Assembly (NCBI GenBank): GCA_963663965.2
Contig: CAXXFK010000024.1
Location: forward strand, 1-64,000
Direction of reading: 5' to 3'
DNA length: 64,000 bases
Source of the DNA: Sedimentisphaerales bacterium
Lineage (GTDB): Bacteria; Planctomycetota; Phycisphaerae; Sedimentisphaerales; SM23-30
Below the pieces are notes generated by a model. That model was not told where the DNA came from. It saw only the letters and a list, made by a program, of their open reading frames with translations, and did not search any database. Below, piece after piece: positions 19,801 to 29,247 of the stretch; position 1 is the first letter of the stretch, and every line of letters begins with the position of its first letter. The translations under genes and the position numbers were made by a program.

Positions 19801-20077
19801 TGTCGACTTGGGCGCCCCTTATAACCGGCAGGCCAACTGGAATGATTTCATTACCAATGATTACAAACGATTGTTATTAAATATTATTCTTGTGTCGCTG
19901 AACCTCAATACTGCCGATCTCAATTTTGACGGTTGTGTTGCAATGGATGACTTGTTAATTTTATCAGACGACTGGCTTAATAACGGCGATTCCCGCTCTG
20001 ACCTGAAATTGGATGGCAAGGTGGATATGTTTGATTTCATCACCCTAGGAGACAATTGGATGCAATCCTGCCCCTGA
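16823..20077 (+). CDS. Secreted arylsulfate sulfotransferase (ASST) with Ig-like, FN3, CBM4/9-like and dockerin-like modules
   Basis: Signal peptide. ASST motifs DDHEL, FVHMNAVD, VIWRLG, QHD, FDN, GSAQRLPNGNTLINW, YRTFR. Confidence 0.85.
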   Translation: MRKTIPFMLIVMLSLTSLVHANNYRDLGYLYFSPQPDAEYTSPQTRFFLVRFTSILPSELINLSSFITVQGTGSGLHPGQTKIASDNKTVIHEVTGDFIRNELVTVSLNPQLDIGQRVEPYSYQFMISGPMPGATPTPMVLASLQTQSIPAPIEQSDQTLENDSILPAYGGPTILPNGVSIPGDFPQVNIFTNNNPAPGYIFIDYNVSSIPYFMILDNDGYPVWYQRDSRGRDFKIQKNGTISAIHVRGESGFTVYDYNFNKLYNRQAVNGYGTDDHELQILENGGYFLIGLRSESVDMSRYVVGGRTSATVHESVLQEFTAEGDLIFQWRSWDHHDIRLMEYWSYDDKPTSQSIRFVHMNAVDVDNDNNLVLSNKRISEITKIDRNSGEVIWRLGSGNPVDPDQDLYRDQRLTIKNDPYGQFNVQHDVRVVGENRYSVFDNHWLDRQSNSRAVEYEVDPVARTANLVWQYREDPPYGSYHMGSAQRLPNGNTLINWVEASYPKVTEIRPDGTKAFEMNWDDSSAKSYRTFRFPWHGIVEKPYLLLESYTDNITLIFNKFGDPDINHYNIYAGFSPQPTTLLTTSDQTLIQLNPELDNGRLYFFRVTAVDSNGVESDYSDDVSAVVNFIRHDGEMIMNGSFFLDQNWWNNPVASPAGVNWFIEGGVARFDILSPGTSFPDIQLIQDGLRLIQGTDYILEFDVWSAYPRLIEVKVEQQVSPYVNYSKSTFVSISPSKKRQSITFAMTNASDFDARLVFNLGASIHDVYLDNISLKSSDSQDQNMTIALVSDSMAPGSDQDERQEDDELVVWLQNRGFYVDTTCMSGAAKDGNNPFSNPVIVAAIQNADLILVSRRTNSGDYDATPQYWNAIPKPLVLCSGYLSPSSKWYWTPCGSSDAKPASTTDLQIVPGHESHPFFKGVANPVSLFDWSESPNTGVWPTNVFLPDCEFDGQNTVLGLFANQPVLTDMPAGTQLSNNNILGGRRIYLGHWSYDVDLGAPYNRQANWNDFITNDYKRLLLNIILVSLNLNTADLNFDGCVAMDDLLILSDDWLNNGDSRSDLKLDGKVDMFDFITLGDNWMQSCP

Positions 20078-20165
20078 TACTGCGTTCTACATAAACATCA
20101 TATATCCTCAGACCTATTGAGGTCTAACGAGATCAAAATTTAACCTATTTCCATGAGGTGCGAAA

Positions 20166-22553
20166 ATGAATCTTAAAAAACTCGTAGTTATTGTGTTTGT
20201 CTGTTTGTCCTGGATTAGTTTGGCCCATGCGGATACTTTGCCGGACAATTTTCCTGGAATCACCTCACAGATCTACAATGCAGATGCTTTGGCTGATGGG
20301 TACATTTTTATGGACATGTACACTAGCGCTTCGGGCATCGGTCATTATATCGCAATCCTGGATAATAACGGAACCCCGATATGGTATCAGGAAGTTCCGG
20401 ATAAGGGCGGAGTCGATTTTAAATCACTTCCTAACGGTTTGCTCCATTATGCCCAGATGTTCTACAGTTATTCTTATACCGGCGGCGCTTCGGTGATGCA
20501 TAAAATATTAGATAACAACTATAACGAAATTGAATCCATCGTTCCCGGCAATGGTTACACTTCCGAACTGCATGACTTTCAATTATTACCCAATGGCCAC
20601 GTATTGCTAACCGGTTTTTACCTGACGCAAGTGGATATGAGCCAGTACGTGGATGGCGGTCAACCCGGGGCGCTGGTCAATGGTACCATCATCCAGGAAC
20701 TGGACTGGCAGAGAAACGTCGTATTTCAATGGCGTTCCTGGGATCACGACAGCATGAAAACCTGGTTCGATACCGGCCAGACAGTGCCAAATTCGTCCAG
20801 GGGCGCTTACGTAGACGCTTATCATGTCAATACCGTTAATATGGACCATGATGGTAATCTGATCATAGGCACACCGACCTGGGTAAAAAAAATTGATCGC
20901 CAGACCGGTGACATTCTCTGGGAGTTGGGTGGACCAGGCAACCAGTTTACCTTTGTTGGCGTTACACCTGAGGAAGGTGTTGCCCATTTCGGCGGCCATA
21001 ATTGCCATCGTCTGGATAACGGTCATGTACTTATCTATGACAATGGTTCCGGTTCGGTATCCTCCAGCGCTCATGAGTATTCACTCGATGAGGTCAACAA
21101 AGTTGCTACATTAGTATGGACATATACCCCCTCTCCAGAAATTGTTGGTGCCAGCATGGGCAATGTCCAGAGGCTTTCCAACGGCAACACGTTAATCAGT
21201 TGGGGCGGAACAACGGGTGCCGAAACCACATTTTGCACCGAAGTCACACCCGATGGCGAAAAGGTGATGGAACTGAAATTTGACCAGGCGAACAAGTGCT
21301 ACCGAGTCTATAAATTCATTTATCCCCCTCAGCAACAGGCGATCGAATCGGTTCAATATGAATTGGCCGTTGGCAATACCTATGATTTTGGCGCTACCGG
21401 CGTGACCATTAATGTTCTCGATCTATCCGGTAATGGTTATAATGAATTAAACGTTGTACGCGAACCTTACGCGCCGCTATCTCCGGGATTCTTCGGCCAG
21501 TCACCCAGAGTTTTGCCATGCCGGATTAAACTTGAACCGGACAGTATCGACTCTATCGTAGCGCAGATCACCATTGACACAACCGTCCTCAGTCTTAGCA
21601 ATCCGGAAAATTTAACCGTGTATCAGCGTGAATTCCCCGGCATGGGTTTATTTATGCCGGTTCCAACCCAATTTGATTCTGGAACAAATTCATTGCAGGC
21701 CCAGATTAGTATGTTTGGTGAATTGATCTTTGGGTATCCCGATCAGGCAGAAATTGTTTACCCCCCTCTGCTTCAAATGCCGGAAGCCAATCGCGGAGAT
21801 CAAACAAGTGGCTTGGTTATAGCGCCCCTGCTGGCTGAAGCAGGTGTGATATACCCAGTATGCCAGGAACGGCCCGTCTCTCTGGCATGGTCTCCCAAAG
21901 GCTTTGGCCACTTCTATAACCTCCAAATAGCGACGAATCCTGAGTTCGATAATCCCATGGAAATTTCCTGGATTACCGAAGCCCGTTACCTCTTCGATTC
22001 CGCCCAGCCTGACACGACCTATTACTATCGTGTCCAGACAATCAATGAAGCCGGAATGAGTGACTGGTCAACCGGCGCTTTCATAACGGTCCCCCCGGTA
22101 TTCAGGCTGACAGCTCCCAATGGCGGTCAATGGATCATAGGTTGGACAAGATACAACATCCTGTGGGAAAGCAATTATACTGATCCGGTCAGATTGGAAC
22201 TTTACCGGGATGGTGTTTTTGACCGCGTAATCTATAATCTGACTTCCATCCCCAATGTGGGTGTTTATAGCTGGTTTGTCAACCGGAATCTTCCAACTGA
22301 AAATAAATATTCCATCAAGCTGGTGAACACGGTTGACGAAAATCTGTTCGATTTCAGCGATGCGCCATTTATTATCAATAACAACAATTCCGCGCTGGGC
22401 GATTACGACCTGGATGGCGATGTCGATATGAATGATTACGCCTTAATGTCCATTGCCTGGCTCGGACAGGTGGCCCAAATGGGCGACTTGAACGATGATG
22501 GCAACGTAGATGGGGCCGATCTGGCTATTTTAGTGCAGAATTGGATTAATTAA
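20166..22553 (+). CDS. Secreted ASST paralogue with FN3, Ig-like and dockerin-like modules
   Basis: LHDFQLLPNG, YHVNTV, ILWELGG, GGHNCH, YDNG, GNVQRLSNGNTLISWG, YRVYK. Two EF-hand-like repeats at the C-terminus. Confidence 0.85.
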   Translation: MNLKKLVVIVFVCLSWISLAHADTLPDNFPGITSQIYNADALADGYIFMDMYTSASGIGHYIAILDNNGTPIWYQEVPDKGGVDFKSLPNGLLHYAQMFYSYSYTGGASVMHKILDNNYNEIESIVPGNGYTSELHDFQLLPNGHVLLTGFYLTQVDMSQYVDGGQPGALVNGTIIQELDWQRNVVFQWRSWDHDSMKTWFDTGQTVPNSSRGAYVDAYHVNTVNMDHDGNLIIGTPTWVKKIDRQTGDILWELGGPGNQFTFVGVTPEEGVAHFGGHNCHRLDNGHVLIYDNGSGSVSSSAHEYSLDEVNKVATLVWTYTPSPEIVGASMGNVQRLSNGNTLISWGGTTGAETTFCTEVTPDGEKVMELKFDQANKCYRVYKFIYPPQQQAIESVQYELAVGNTYDFGATGVTINVLDLSGNGYNELNVVREPYAPLSPGFFGQSPRVLPCRIKLEPDSIDSIVAQITIDTTVLSLSNPENLTVYQREFPGMGLFMPVPTQFDSGTNSLQAQISMFGELIFGYPDQAEIVYPPLLQMPEANRGDQTSGLVIAPLLAEAGVIYPVCQERPVSLAWSPKGFGHFYNLQIATNPEFDNPMEISWITEARYLFDSAQPDTTYYYRVQTINEAGMSDWSTGAFITVPPVFRLTAPNGGQWIIGWTRYNILWESNYTDPVRLELYRDGVFDRVIYNLTSIPNVGVYSWFVNRNLPTENKYSIKLVNTVDENLFDFSDAPFIINNNNSALGDYDLDGDVDMNDYALMSIAWLGQVAQMGDLNDDGNVDGADLAILVQNWIN

Positions 22554-22622
22554 TTTGGTGGTTACATGTGTTTCTTAACGCAGGAAGCCAGAAGAAGATC
22601 CTGTTTAGCAATGAATTAAAAT

Positions 22623-22658
22623 TAATGGATTTTCTCTTTGAAAAGAGAAAATCCATTA
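22623..22658. terminator. Long inverted repeat between ASST genes
   Basis: TAATGGATTTTCTCTTT-GA-AAAGAGAAAATCCATTA. Confidence 0.55.
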
Positions 22659-22719
22659 TGAAATTATATGTGAATGTTTTATACCATTTTACCCGGTTAA
22701 CTTCAGGCAGGACCCGAAA

Positions 22720-25700
22720 ATGAATAAAATGAAGTGTGTATTTATGCTATTGGCGGTTTTAGTCTTTTCTCTGGCAGTACAAGCCGATATTCTACGCGAA
22801 TACTGGACCGGTATATCCGGAGCCTCAATCAGCGATTTAACCCACAACAGCAATTACCCCGACAATCCAACAAATAGTGATTTCATGACTTCTTTTGAAG
22901 CGCCGGTCGACTGGGCCAATGACTACGGCACGCGTATGCGCGGGTATCTGATTCCGCCTGTTACCGGTGAATACTATTTCTGGATAGCTACCGACGATGG
23001 CGGTGAGTTATGGCTGAGTTCCGATGAAGATCCCGGCAATATCACCCTGATTGCCCAGATTACCGAATGGGCCAGTTCCCGCGAATGGAATAAGTACGCT
23101 TCCCAGAAATCTGCGCCAATTACCCTGACTGCCGGGAAAAAATATTATATCGAAGCCCTTCAAAAAGAAGCTCAGGGCGGCGATAATCTCGCTGTCGGCT
23201 GGGCCAAACCCGGTCAGGCCACTACGACGCCCTCAGAAATTATTCCCGGCAGCGCGCTCCTGCCCTGGACCGGCGGCGATCCTGATTACAATTTCAAACC
23301 CGTTATCTCAATTTCAGATGGCTATTTCTTCGCCGAAGCTCCCATCACCATTCAACTATCCGCTTCGATATGGGATGATGGCAAGCCGCTTCCAGCTAAT
23401 CCCGCCAATCCTTCACCCGACGATCCAATGAAACTTCGCTGGCACTGGTCTGTTGACAGCCTGCCAGCTGCCAGCCTGGGAGTCGCCTGGTCTGGTAATC
23501 CTAATTCCGGTGAAGCGTTTACCTACGAGGGCTCTTCCAATCCTCCCACGACCCAATTCCACTGCAATCCGACAGCAACTTTTGATCGACCTGGTCAGTA
23601 TGTCCTCAATTTCACGGCTTCTGATGGTGAAAAAGAAACCGTAAAACAAACAACCGTGTTTATTAAATCCGATGGATCCTACCGCCAACTAGGTTATAGT
23701 TATCTCTCGCCCATGCCGGGTTCTGAATATACAGCCCCTCAAACACAGTATTTTCTGGTGCGATTCGATATGGCATTGCCTCAAAATCTTACTAACTTAC
23801 CAACATTCATTACTGTGCAGGGCAACATAACCGGCCAGAAAACCGGCACGACAAAAATTGCCTCCGATGGGAAAACGGTGATTTTTAAATCAGCTTCCAC
23901 CTTCCAGTCCTATGAACTGGTCACCGTCACGCTCAATCCGTCTTTCACGACCCAGTCGGGTGATTCCGTACAGTCGTTCCAATATCAATTCAGAATCTCT
24001 GGACCTATGACCACTTTGTCTTCTGCCCCGGCTGTCAATTCAACCACCGAATCAATACCGACCTTACCATTGGCCGACAACGTCCAGGCGGACGATCAGT
24101 TACCGGCGGCTTCCGGGCCCCGCATTATGCCCAATGGCGTATCTGTTCCCAGCAATTTCCCTCATATTGATATAACCATCAACAATAACCCGGATTCCGG
24201 CTATATTTTCCTCGACAATCGTACCTCTGGATCCAATTCGTACAATGTAATTTTTGATAATTCGGGATCGCCCATCTGGTACCTCCAAACCGACGATGAG
24301 CGCCGGGATATGAAAGTCCAGCAAAACGGCATTCTCACCATGCTGGCTCGCGATGGAGGCAATCGCTTTGTCGGCTTGAATACCAATTATCAGGAAGTCG
24401 CCTCCTATGCTGCCACCAACGGCTATAGCACCGATGAACATGAAATGGTGGTGTTGGAAAATGGTCATTATTTATTGATTGGGCTGCATAGTGAAAATGT
24501 CGACATGACCCAATATGTAACCGGCGCCAATACCAACGCCTCGGTTGGTGAAACGGTTATCCAGGAGTTCACCCCCGACGGTGATTTGATCTTCCAATGG
24601 CGCGCCTGGGATCATTTCGACGTACGGGATCTCCATCTTGACAATAATAAAAGCAGCAGCTTTCGCTTCCCGCACATGAATGCCATCGATATCGATACCG
24701 ACGGGAACATACTGCTTTCCAGTCGCCACATCAGCGAAATCACCAAAATCGATCGCGAAACCGGCGAAATCATCTGGCGGCTGGGAGGCGCTCATAGCGA
24801 TTTTAATTTTATCGACGACCCATTACAAGGCCCCCGTAACCAGCATGCCATTCGTCATACGGGTCTGAATCGTTATTTACTCTTTGACAATGGTGACCTG
24901 CACAGTCCGCAATTGTCCAGGGCCTGTGAATACGAAGTGGATCTGGAAAACAAAACGGCCTCTTTGATATTCGAATATCGGGAATCTCCCGATGTCTATG
25001 CCCACTACATGGGCAACACCCAGCGCCTGCCCAACGGCAATACCCTGATCAACTGGGCTGTTGGCAATCTGCCCAAACTGACTGAAGTGCAGCCCGATGG
25101 CGTAAAAGCATTCGAAATGAACTGGGCCGATGGTTCTGAGGCTTACCGGGTCTGGCGTTGCCCATGGCTGGGCATGGCTCTCAAACCCAATCTCATCATT
25201 GAACCCCAGACCGACAATATCACCTTGTTATTCAATAAATTTGGTGATCCGGATGTCGCTTATTATCGTATTTATGCCGGTCTCGCACCCCAACCCACTA
25301 CCGTACTGACTACTTCAACAACCACTCTTAAAAAAGTCACGAATCTGCAAAATAATCAAAGATACTATTTCCGGGTTACGGCAGTTAATAAAGATGGCGT
25401 CGAAAGCGATTTCTCCGAAGAGAAAAATATCTTTGTGAACATTGAGGTAATTGGACAAAATATAGTCCGCAACGGCACATTCTCTCAAGATGATGATGCC
25501 TGGATATTCGAAGTTAGTGGATCAGCTGCCGCCAGTTTACAACTTGAAAATGATAACGCCCATATGTATATTACCTCTCCCGGTACTCAATACTACAACG
25601 TCCAGCTTCGTCAGGCCGGTTTGTCTTTAATCAAAGACCAGGAATATATTTTCCAGTTTGATGCCTGGTCCGATTATGTCCGCACGATTGAAGCCAAAGT

Positions 25701-26061
25701 GGGCCAGGATCAATCCCCCTTCACAAATTACAGCAAAACCACCTATATCTCCATTACCCCGGTGCGCCGAACATTCAAATACCCCTTTACCATGACGGAA
25801 ACGTCAGACGGCAACGCTCGCGTCGTCTTTAACTGTGGCACCAGTTCCTATGATGTTTATATCGACAATGTTATTGTCCTGGGATTTTCTCCCGCGGATT
25901 TCAACCAGGATGGAATAGTCGGTATCGATGATCTGGTGGATTTTCTGTCCGATTGGCTTGATCCACCAGCCGGCGCCAATTCTGATTTGAATGGCGATGG
26001 CTTAGTGGACCTGAACGACTTGGCGCTCTTGAGTAAATTCTGGACTGGAGAAAACCTATAG
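22720..26061 (+). CDS. Secreted ASST paralogue with N-terminal PA14, PKD/Ig-like, FN3, CBM4/9-like and dockerin-like modules
   Basis: PA14 (YGTRMRGYLIPPVTGEYYFWIATDDGGELWLS). ASST motifs DEHEM, PHMNAID, LSSRH, NQHA, FDNG, YRVWR. Confidence 0.87.
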   Translation: MNKMKCVFMLLAVLVFSLAVQADILREYWTGISGASISDLTHNSNYPDNPTNSDFMTSFEAPVDWANDYGTRMRGYLIPPVTGEYYFWIATDDGGELWLSSDEDPGNITLIAQITEWASSREWNKYASQKSAPITLTAGKKYYIEALQKEAQGGDNLAVGWAKPGQATTTPSEIIPGSALLPWTGGDPDYNFKPVISISDGYFFAEAPITIQLSASIWDDGKPLPANPANPSPDDPMKLRWHWSVDSLPAASLGVAWSGNPNSGEAFTYEGSSNPPTTQFHCNPTATFDRPGQYVLNFTASDGEKETVKQTTVFIKSDGSYRQLGYSYLSPMPGSEYTAPQTQYFLVRFDMALPQNLTNLPTFITVQGNITGQKTGTTKIASDGKTVIFKSASTFQSYELVTVTLNPSFTTQSGDSVQSFQYQFRISGPMTTLSSAPAVNSTTESIPTLPLADNVQADDQLPAASGPRIMPNGVSVPSNFPHIDITINNNPDSGYIFLDNRTSGSNSYNVIFDNSGSPIWYLQTDDERRDMKVQQNGILTMLARDGGNRFVGLNTNYQEVASYAATNGYSTDEHEMVVLENGHYLLIGLHSENVDMTQYVTGANTNASVGETVIQEFTPDGDLIFQWRAWDHFDVRDLHLDNNKSSSFRFPHMNAIDIDTDGNILLSSRHISEITKIDRETGEIIWRLGGAHSDFNFIDDPLQGPRNQHAIRHTGLNRYLLFDNGDLHSPQLSRACEYEVDLENKTASLIFEYRESPDVYAHYMGNTQRLPNGNTLINWAVGNLPKLTEVQPDGVKAFEMNWADGSEAYRVWRCPWLGMALKPNLIIEPQTDNITLLFNKFGDPDVAYYRIYAGLAPQPTTVLTTSTTTLKKVTNLQNNQRYYFRVTAVNKDGVESDFSEEKNIFVNIEVIGQNIVRNGTFSQDDDAWIFEVSGSAAASLQLENDNAHMYITSPGTQYYNVQLRQAGLSLIKDQEYIFQFDAWSDYVRTIEAKVGQDQSPFTNYSKTTYISITPVRRTFKYPFTMTETSDGNARVVFNCGTSSYDVYIDNVIVLGFSPADFNQDGIVGIDDLVDFLSDWLDPPAGANSDLNGDGLVDLNDLALLSKFWTGENL

Positions 26062-26154
26062 CAGGTGCTCGCTTAAAATTCTGTTATTTTTCAATGCTTT
26101 CATGCTCTGTGTCCGGTAAATACGGCATGAATACGATACCCATTAGGAGTATGC

Positions 26155-27177
26155 CATGCCAACCCAAATAATCGAGCAAAATGGAGACCTCGTTACCATG
26201 CAATTTACTGTTAGTTGTCGGGCCAGTTGCTGGCCGACGAGCAGGCGTTACAAGAGTCCGTCAATGAAGCCGGCCAACTGGCCATGGCACCCATGCTCAA
26301 GCAGTTAGACACCAAGGGTGAGCCGATTCGCGTCAACGGAGTAAAACATACGGCCAAACCCACACGCCGCAAGTGTATGAACCCCCGTACGGTCCGGTTC
26401 AGATAGAGCGCCATGTCTACCAAACCAGCAAAGGCGGCCCTACTTATGTACCGTTGGAAAACGATGCTCGCATGATCCTGAATTCGACCCCGCGCTATAG
26501 CCAGATTGTGTCGGGCAAATACGCTCGCTTGGGAGCCGACGCTATCTGTGAAGACCTGCTGGAATATGGCAAAGAGGCTTTCAGGGGGAATTCGCCCGTG
26601 AGATCGAACGGGTGCAAAAAAAATTCCTGAGGCTTTGTATGTGGGGGTGGCGGATGGGGCCAGGGATAACTGGACTATCCTGAAACCCTATACCCAACGC
26701 CGAATTCTGGATTTTTATCATGCGCAAGAATATATTGGCAAGGCCGGCGCCGCTATTTTTGCGCAAAATCGACAGCGCCGGGATCAATGGGTGGACGATT
26801 GGAGCCGGCGCTTGAAACACAAACAGGGCGCGGTGGGCCGCCTGCTCAATGAGCTGGAATCCCAGAGAGCCCAACTGGAAAAAAACAAGAGATTCCTGGA
26901 ACGAGTTGAAGAATTGCGTCAAGCCATCGTGTATTTCACCAACAATCGAAACCGCATGAAATATGCGACGCACTTGAAACGGCATCTGCCGCTGGGCAGC
27001 GGCGTGACCGAAGCGGCCTGTAAAGTCGTCGTCAAACAACGCATGTGCATTTCCGGTTCGAGATGGAAAGATCAAGGCGCCGGTTGCGTGCTGGCCTTGC
27101 GAACATTAATGCTCTCAACTGGCCGTTGGCAACAGTTTTGGAACTATGTCATGAAGCACGGAGCCACAGCATACTAA
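26155..27177 (+). pseudogene. ISKra4-like (IS256-related) transposase remnant
   Basis: Three frames, and apparently an internal deletion near 26560-26600. Motifs YGPVQIERHVYQ, VADGARDNW, LDFYHA, LPLGSGVTEAACKVVVKQRM. Weak imperfect IR GTGCTCGCTTA (26065-26075) / TAAGCAAGCAC (27175-27185). Confidence 0.8.
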
Positions 27178-27305
27178 GCAAGCACTATATCATAATCTTG
27201 CAACCAAATTAATTTCAAGAACTTACACAACATCAATCACCGTAATTTGATTGTATTGGGGTTGTTTAGTACGACTTGATTTAATTTGAATTTTCAATTG
27301 CTCAT

Positions 27306-28721
27306 CACTCTTGTCCAAAATAAATTTTGACAATTAAATAGAGATATCTCCAGGATGAGTTATATTAAAGTTGCAAAAAAATAAAAAACTCAGCTGGAGA
27401 TATAAACCCATGATAAAGTCAGGCAGTCTGTTTACGCAAGTACTTTCTCTGGTAGATCGTAATGAATTTGCCCGATCTGTAGATCGATTTGGGGCGGAAA
27501 AGCATTGCAAGGGCTTCCGTTGCTGGGATCAGTTTGTGTCAATGATGTTTTGCCAGTTGGCCGGTGCGAACTCCCTGCGTGAGATCTGTGGTGGATTATC
27601 CACGGCCCTGGGCAAATTGACCCATCTGGGCATGAAAGAGGCGCCCTCCCGTTCCACCCTGAGCTACGCGAATACTCAGCGGCCATGGCAGTTGTATGAA
27701 GCGACCTTCTATCAGCTTTATCAGTATGGCGCTGAGATCGCCGGTAAGCAGAAGCGGCGCTTCCGATTCAAGAACCCGTTATTCAGCATAGATGCCAGCA
27801 CCATTGACTTGTGCCTTAAGGTGTTTGACTGGGCCAGATTTCGGCAGCGTAAAGGAGCGGTGAAACTCCACATGATGCTTGATCACCAGGGCTGTTTGCC
27901 CAGTTGGGCCTGGATCACCGACGGCAAGGTTCATGATGTCAAAGCGGCCAGAATGCTTGATTTAGAGCCGGGAACGATCGTAGCGATGGATCGAGGGTAT
28001 GTCGATTACGAATTATTTGACCACTGGGACTGAAACCGGTGTCTGGTTTGTCACCAAAGCCAAAAGTAATATGAACTACCGCGTGGTCGAATCTCGGGAG
28101 GTTCCTGAGAGAGGCAATATTCTGTCCGATGAGTTGATCGAATTTACCGGTTATCAAGCCCAAAAAAGATGCCCTCGTGTGATGCGGCGGATTGTGGTAT
28201 GGGATGCGGAAAATGAGCGTGAGATTACCTTGCTGACCAATCATCTGACATTTGCCGCCAGCACGATCAGTTCGATCTACAAAGATCGCTGGCAGATTGA
28301 GTTGTTTTTCAAGGCGCTCAAGCAGAATTTAAAAGTAAAGACCTTTGTGGGTACCAGCGAAAATGCCGTCAAGACACAGATTTGGACAGCATTGATATGT
28401 AGCTTAATACTGAAGATCATGCAGATGCGTTCCCGTTTTGGCTGGAGCCTGTCTAACCTGGCCGCCCTGTTAAGGCTTAACTTGATGACTTATCGTGAGT
28501 TGTGGACATGGCTGGATAATCCGTATCAAACGGCGGCATTAGGGCCGCCTGTCAACCAGCCCTTATTGTTTGAACTGTAACTTGGACAGCATGAAAATAT
28601 AACCGTATAAAAAAACAGGGTAACCTGAACTCAGAAAATGGAAAAATCTGTCTGAAACAACCCTTTCAGGCCGGTTTAGAGACAACATGTTAGAGATTTC
28701 AATTTATTTTGGACAGCAGTG
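27306..28721 (+). mobile_element. IS4-family insertion sequence, 1416 bp
   Basis: 21-bp terminal IRs (CACTCTTGTCCAAAATAAATT / AATTTATTTTGGACAGCAGTG, 19/21). 9-bp target duplication ATTGCTCAT at 27297-27305 and 28722-28730. Confidence 0.93.
27410..28580 (+). CDS. IS4-family DDE transposase (DUF4372-type N-terminus), one +1 frameshift near 28028
   Basis: IDASTI, VKLH, MDRGY and YKDRWQIELFFKALKQNL motifs. Removing one G from TGGG restores a single frame. Confidence 0.9.
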
Positions 28722-28924
28722 ATTGCTCATATATGTAGATAATTAATGAATATAAATTTAAAAAAAGTATATCCTCAGGAATTTTACCTAACCATAAATC
28801 ACTTTTGCCTACAATAACAAATATTTATCATTCCGTCAACAAATTTGCATGTTTTTCTTTCGAAAAACAAGGTATTATAATATATTAAGAAATGACATTG
28901 ACAAAATTGGGGTTATCAGCATAG

Positions 28925-29090
28925 ACTTGAGTGAGTTACAGGAAATTTGACAACTGATAAGGGAAGGCCGTGTAAACCGGCCGCGGACGCGCCGCTGTAA
29001 CCGGAGACGAACGCCGCAAGATGCCACTGACTATCTAGTTGGGAAGGCGTGGCGGGAGAATGACCCGGGAGCCAGAAGACCTGCCTGTTA
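28925..29090 (+). ncRNA. Cobalamin (B12) riboswitch
   Basis: AAGGGAA...GCCGCTGTAA...GCCACTG...GGGAAGG...AGCCAGAAGACCTGCC conserved core including the B12 box. Boundaries approximate. Confidence 0.93.
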
Positions 29091-29247
29091 ATGACACCTG
29101 GATATGCCTTCGCGAAATGACGGCTCCGGGTTGAACCTTTAAAGAATAATGTGTTCATCTCGAGAAGGTCGTTGTGATTTATCATAGGCTATCAGGTCAC
29201 TAATTCGCAGGTATGGCGTAAGCTTTTTATTTTCAGAGGCTTATGCA

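Noticed and set aside
28916..29185. 89-aa minus-strand ORF
   Set aside because: Antisense shadow of the cobalamin riboswitch.
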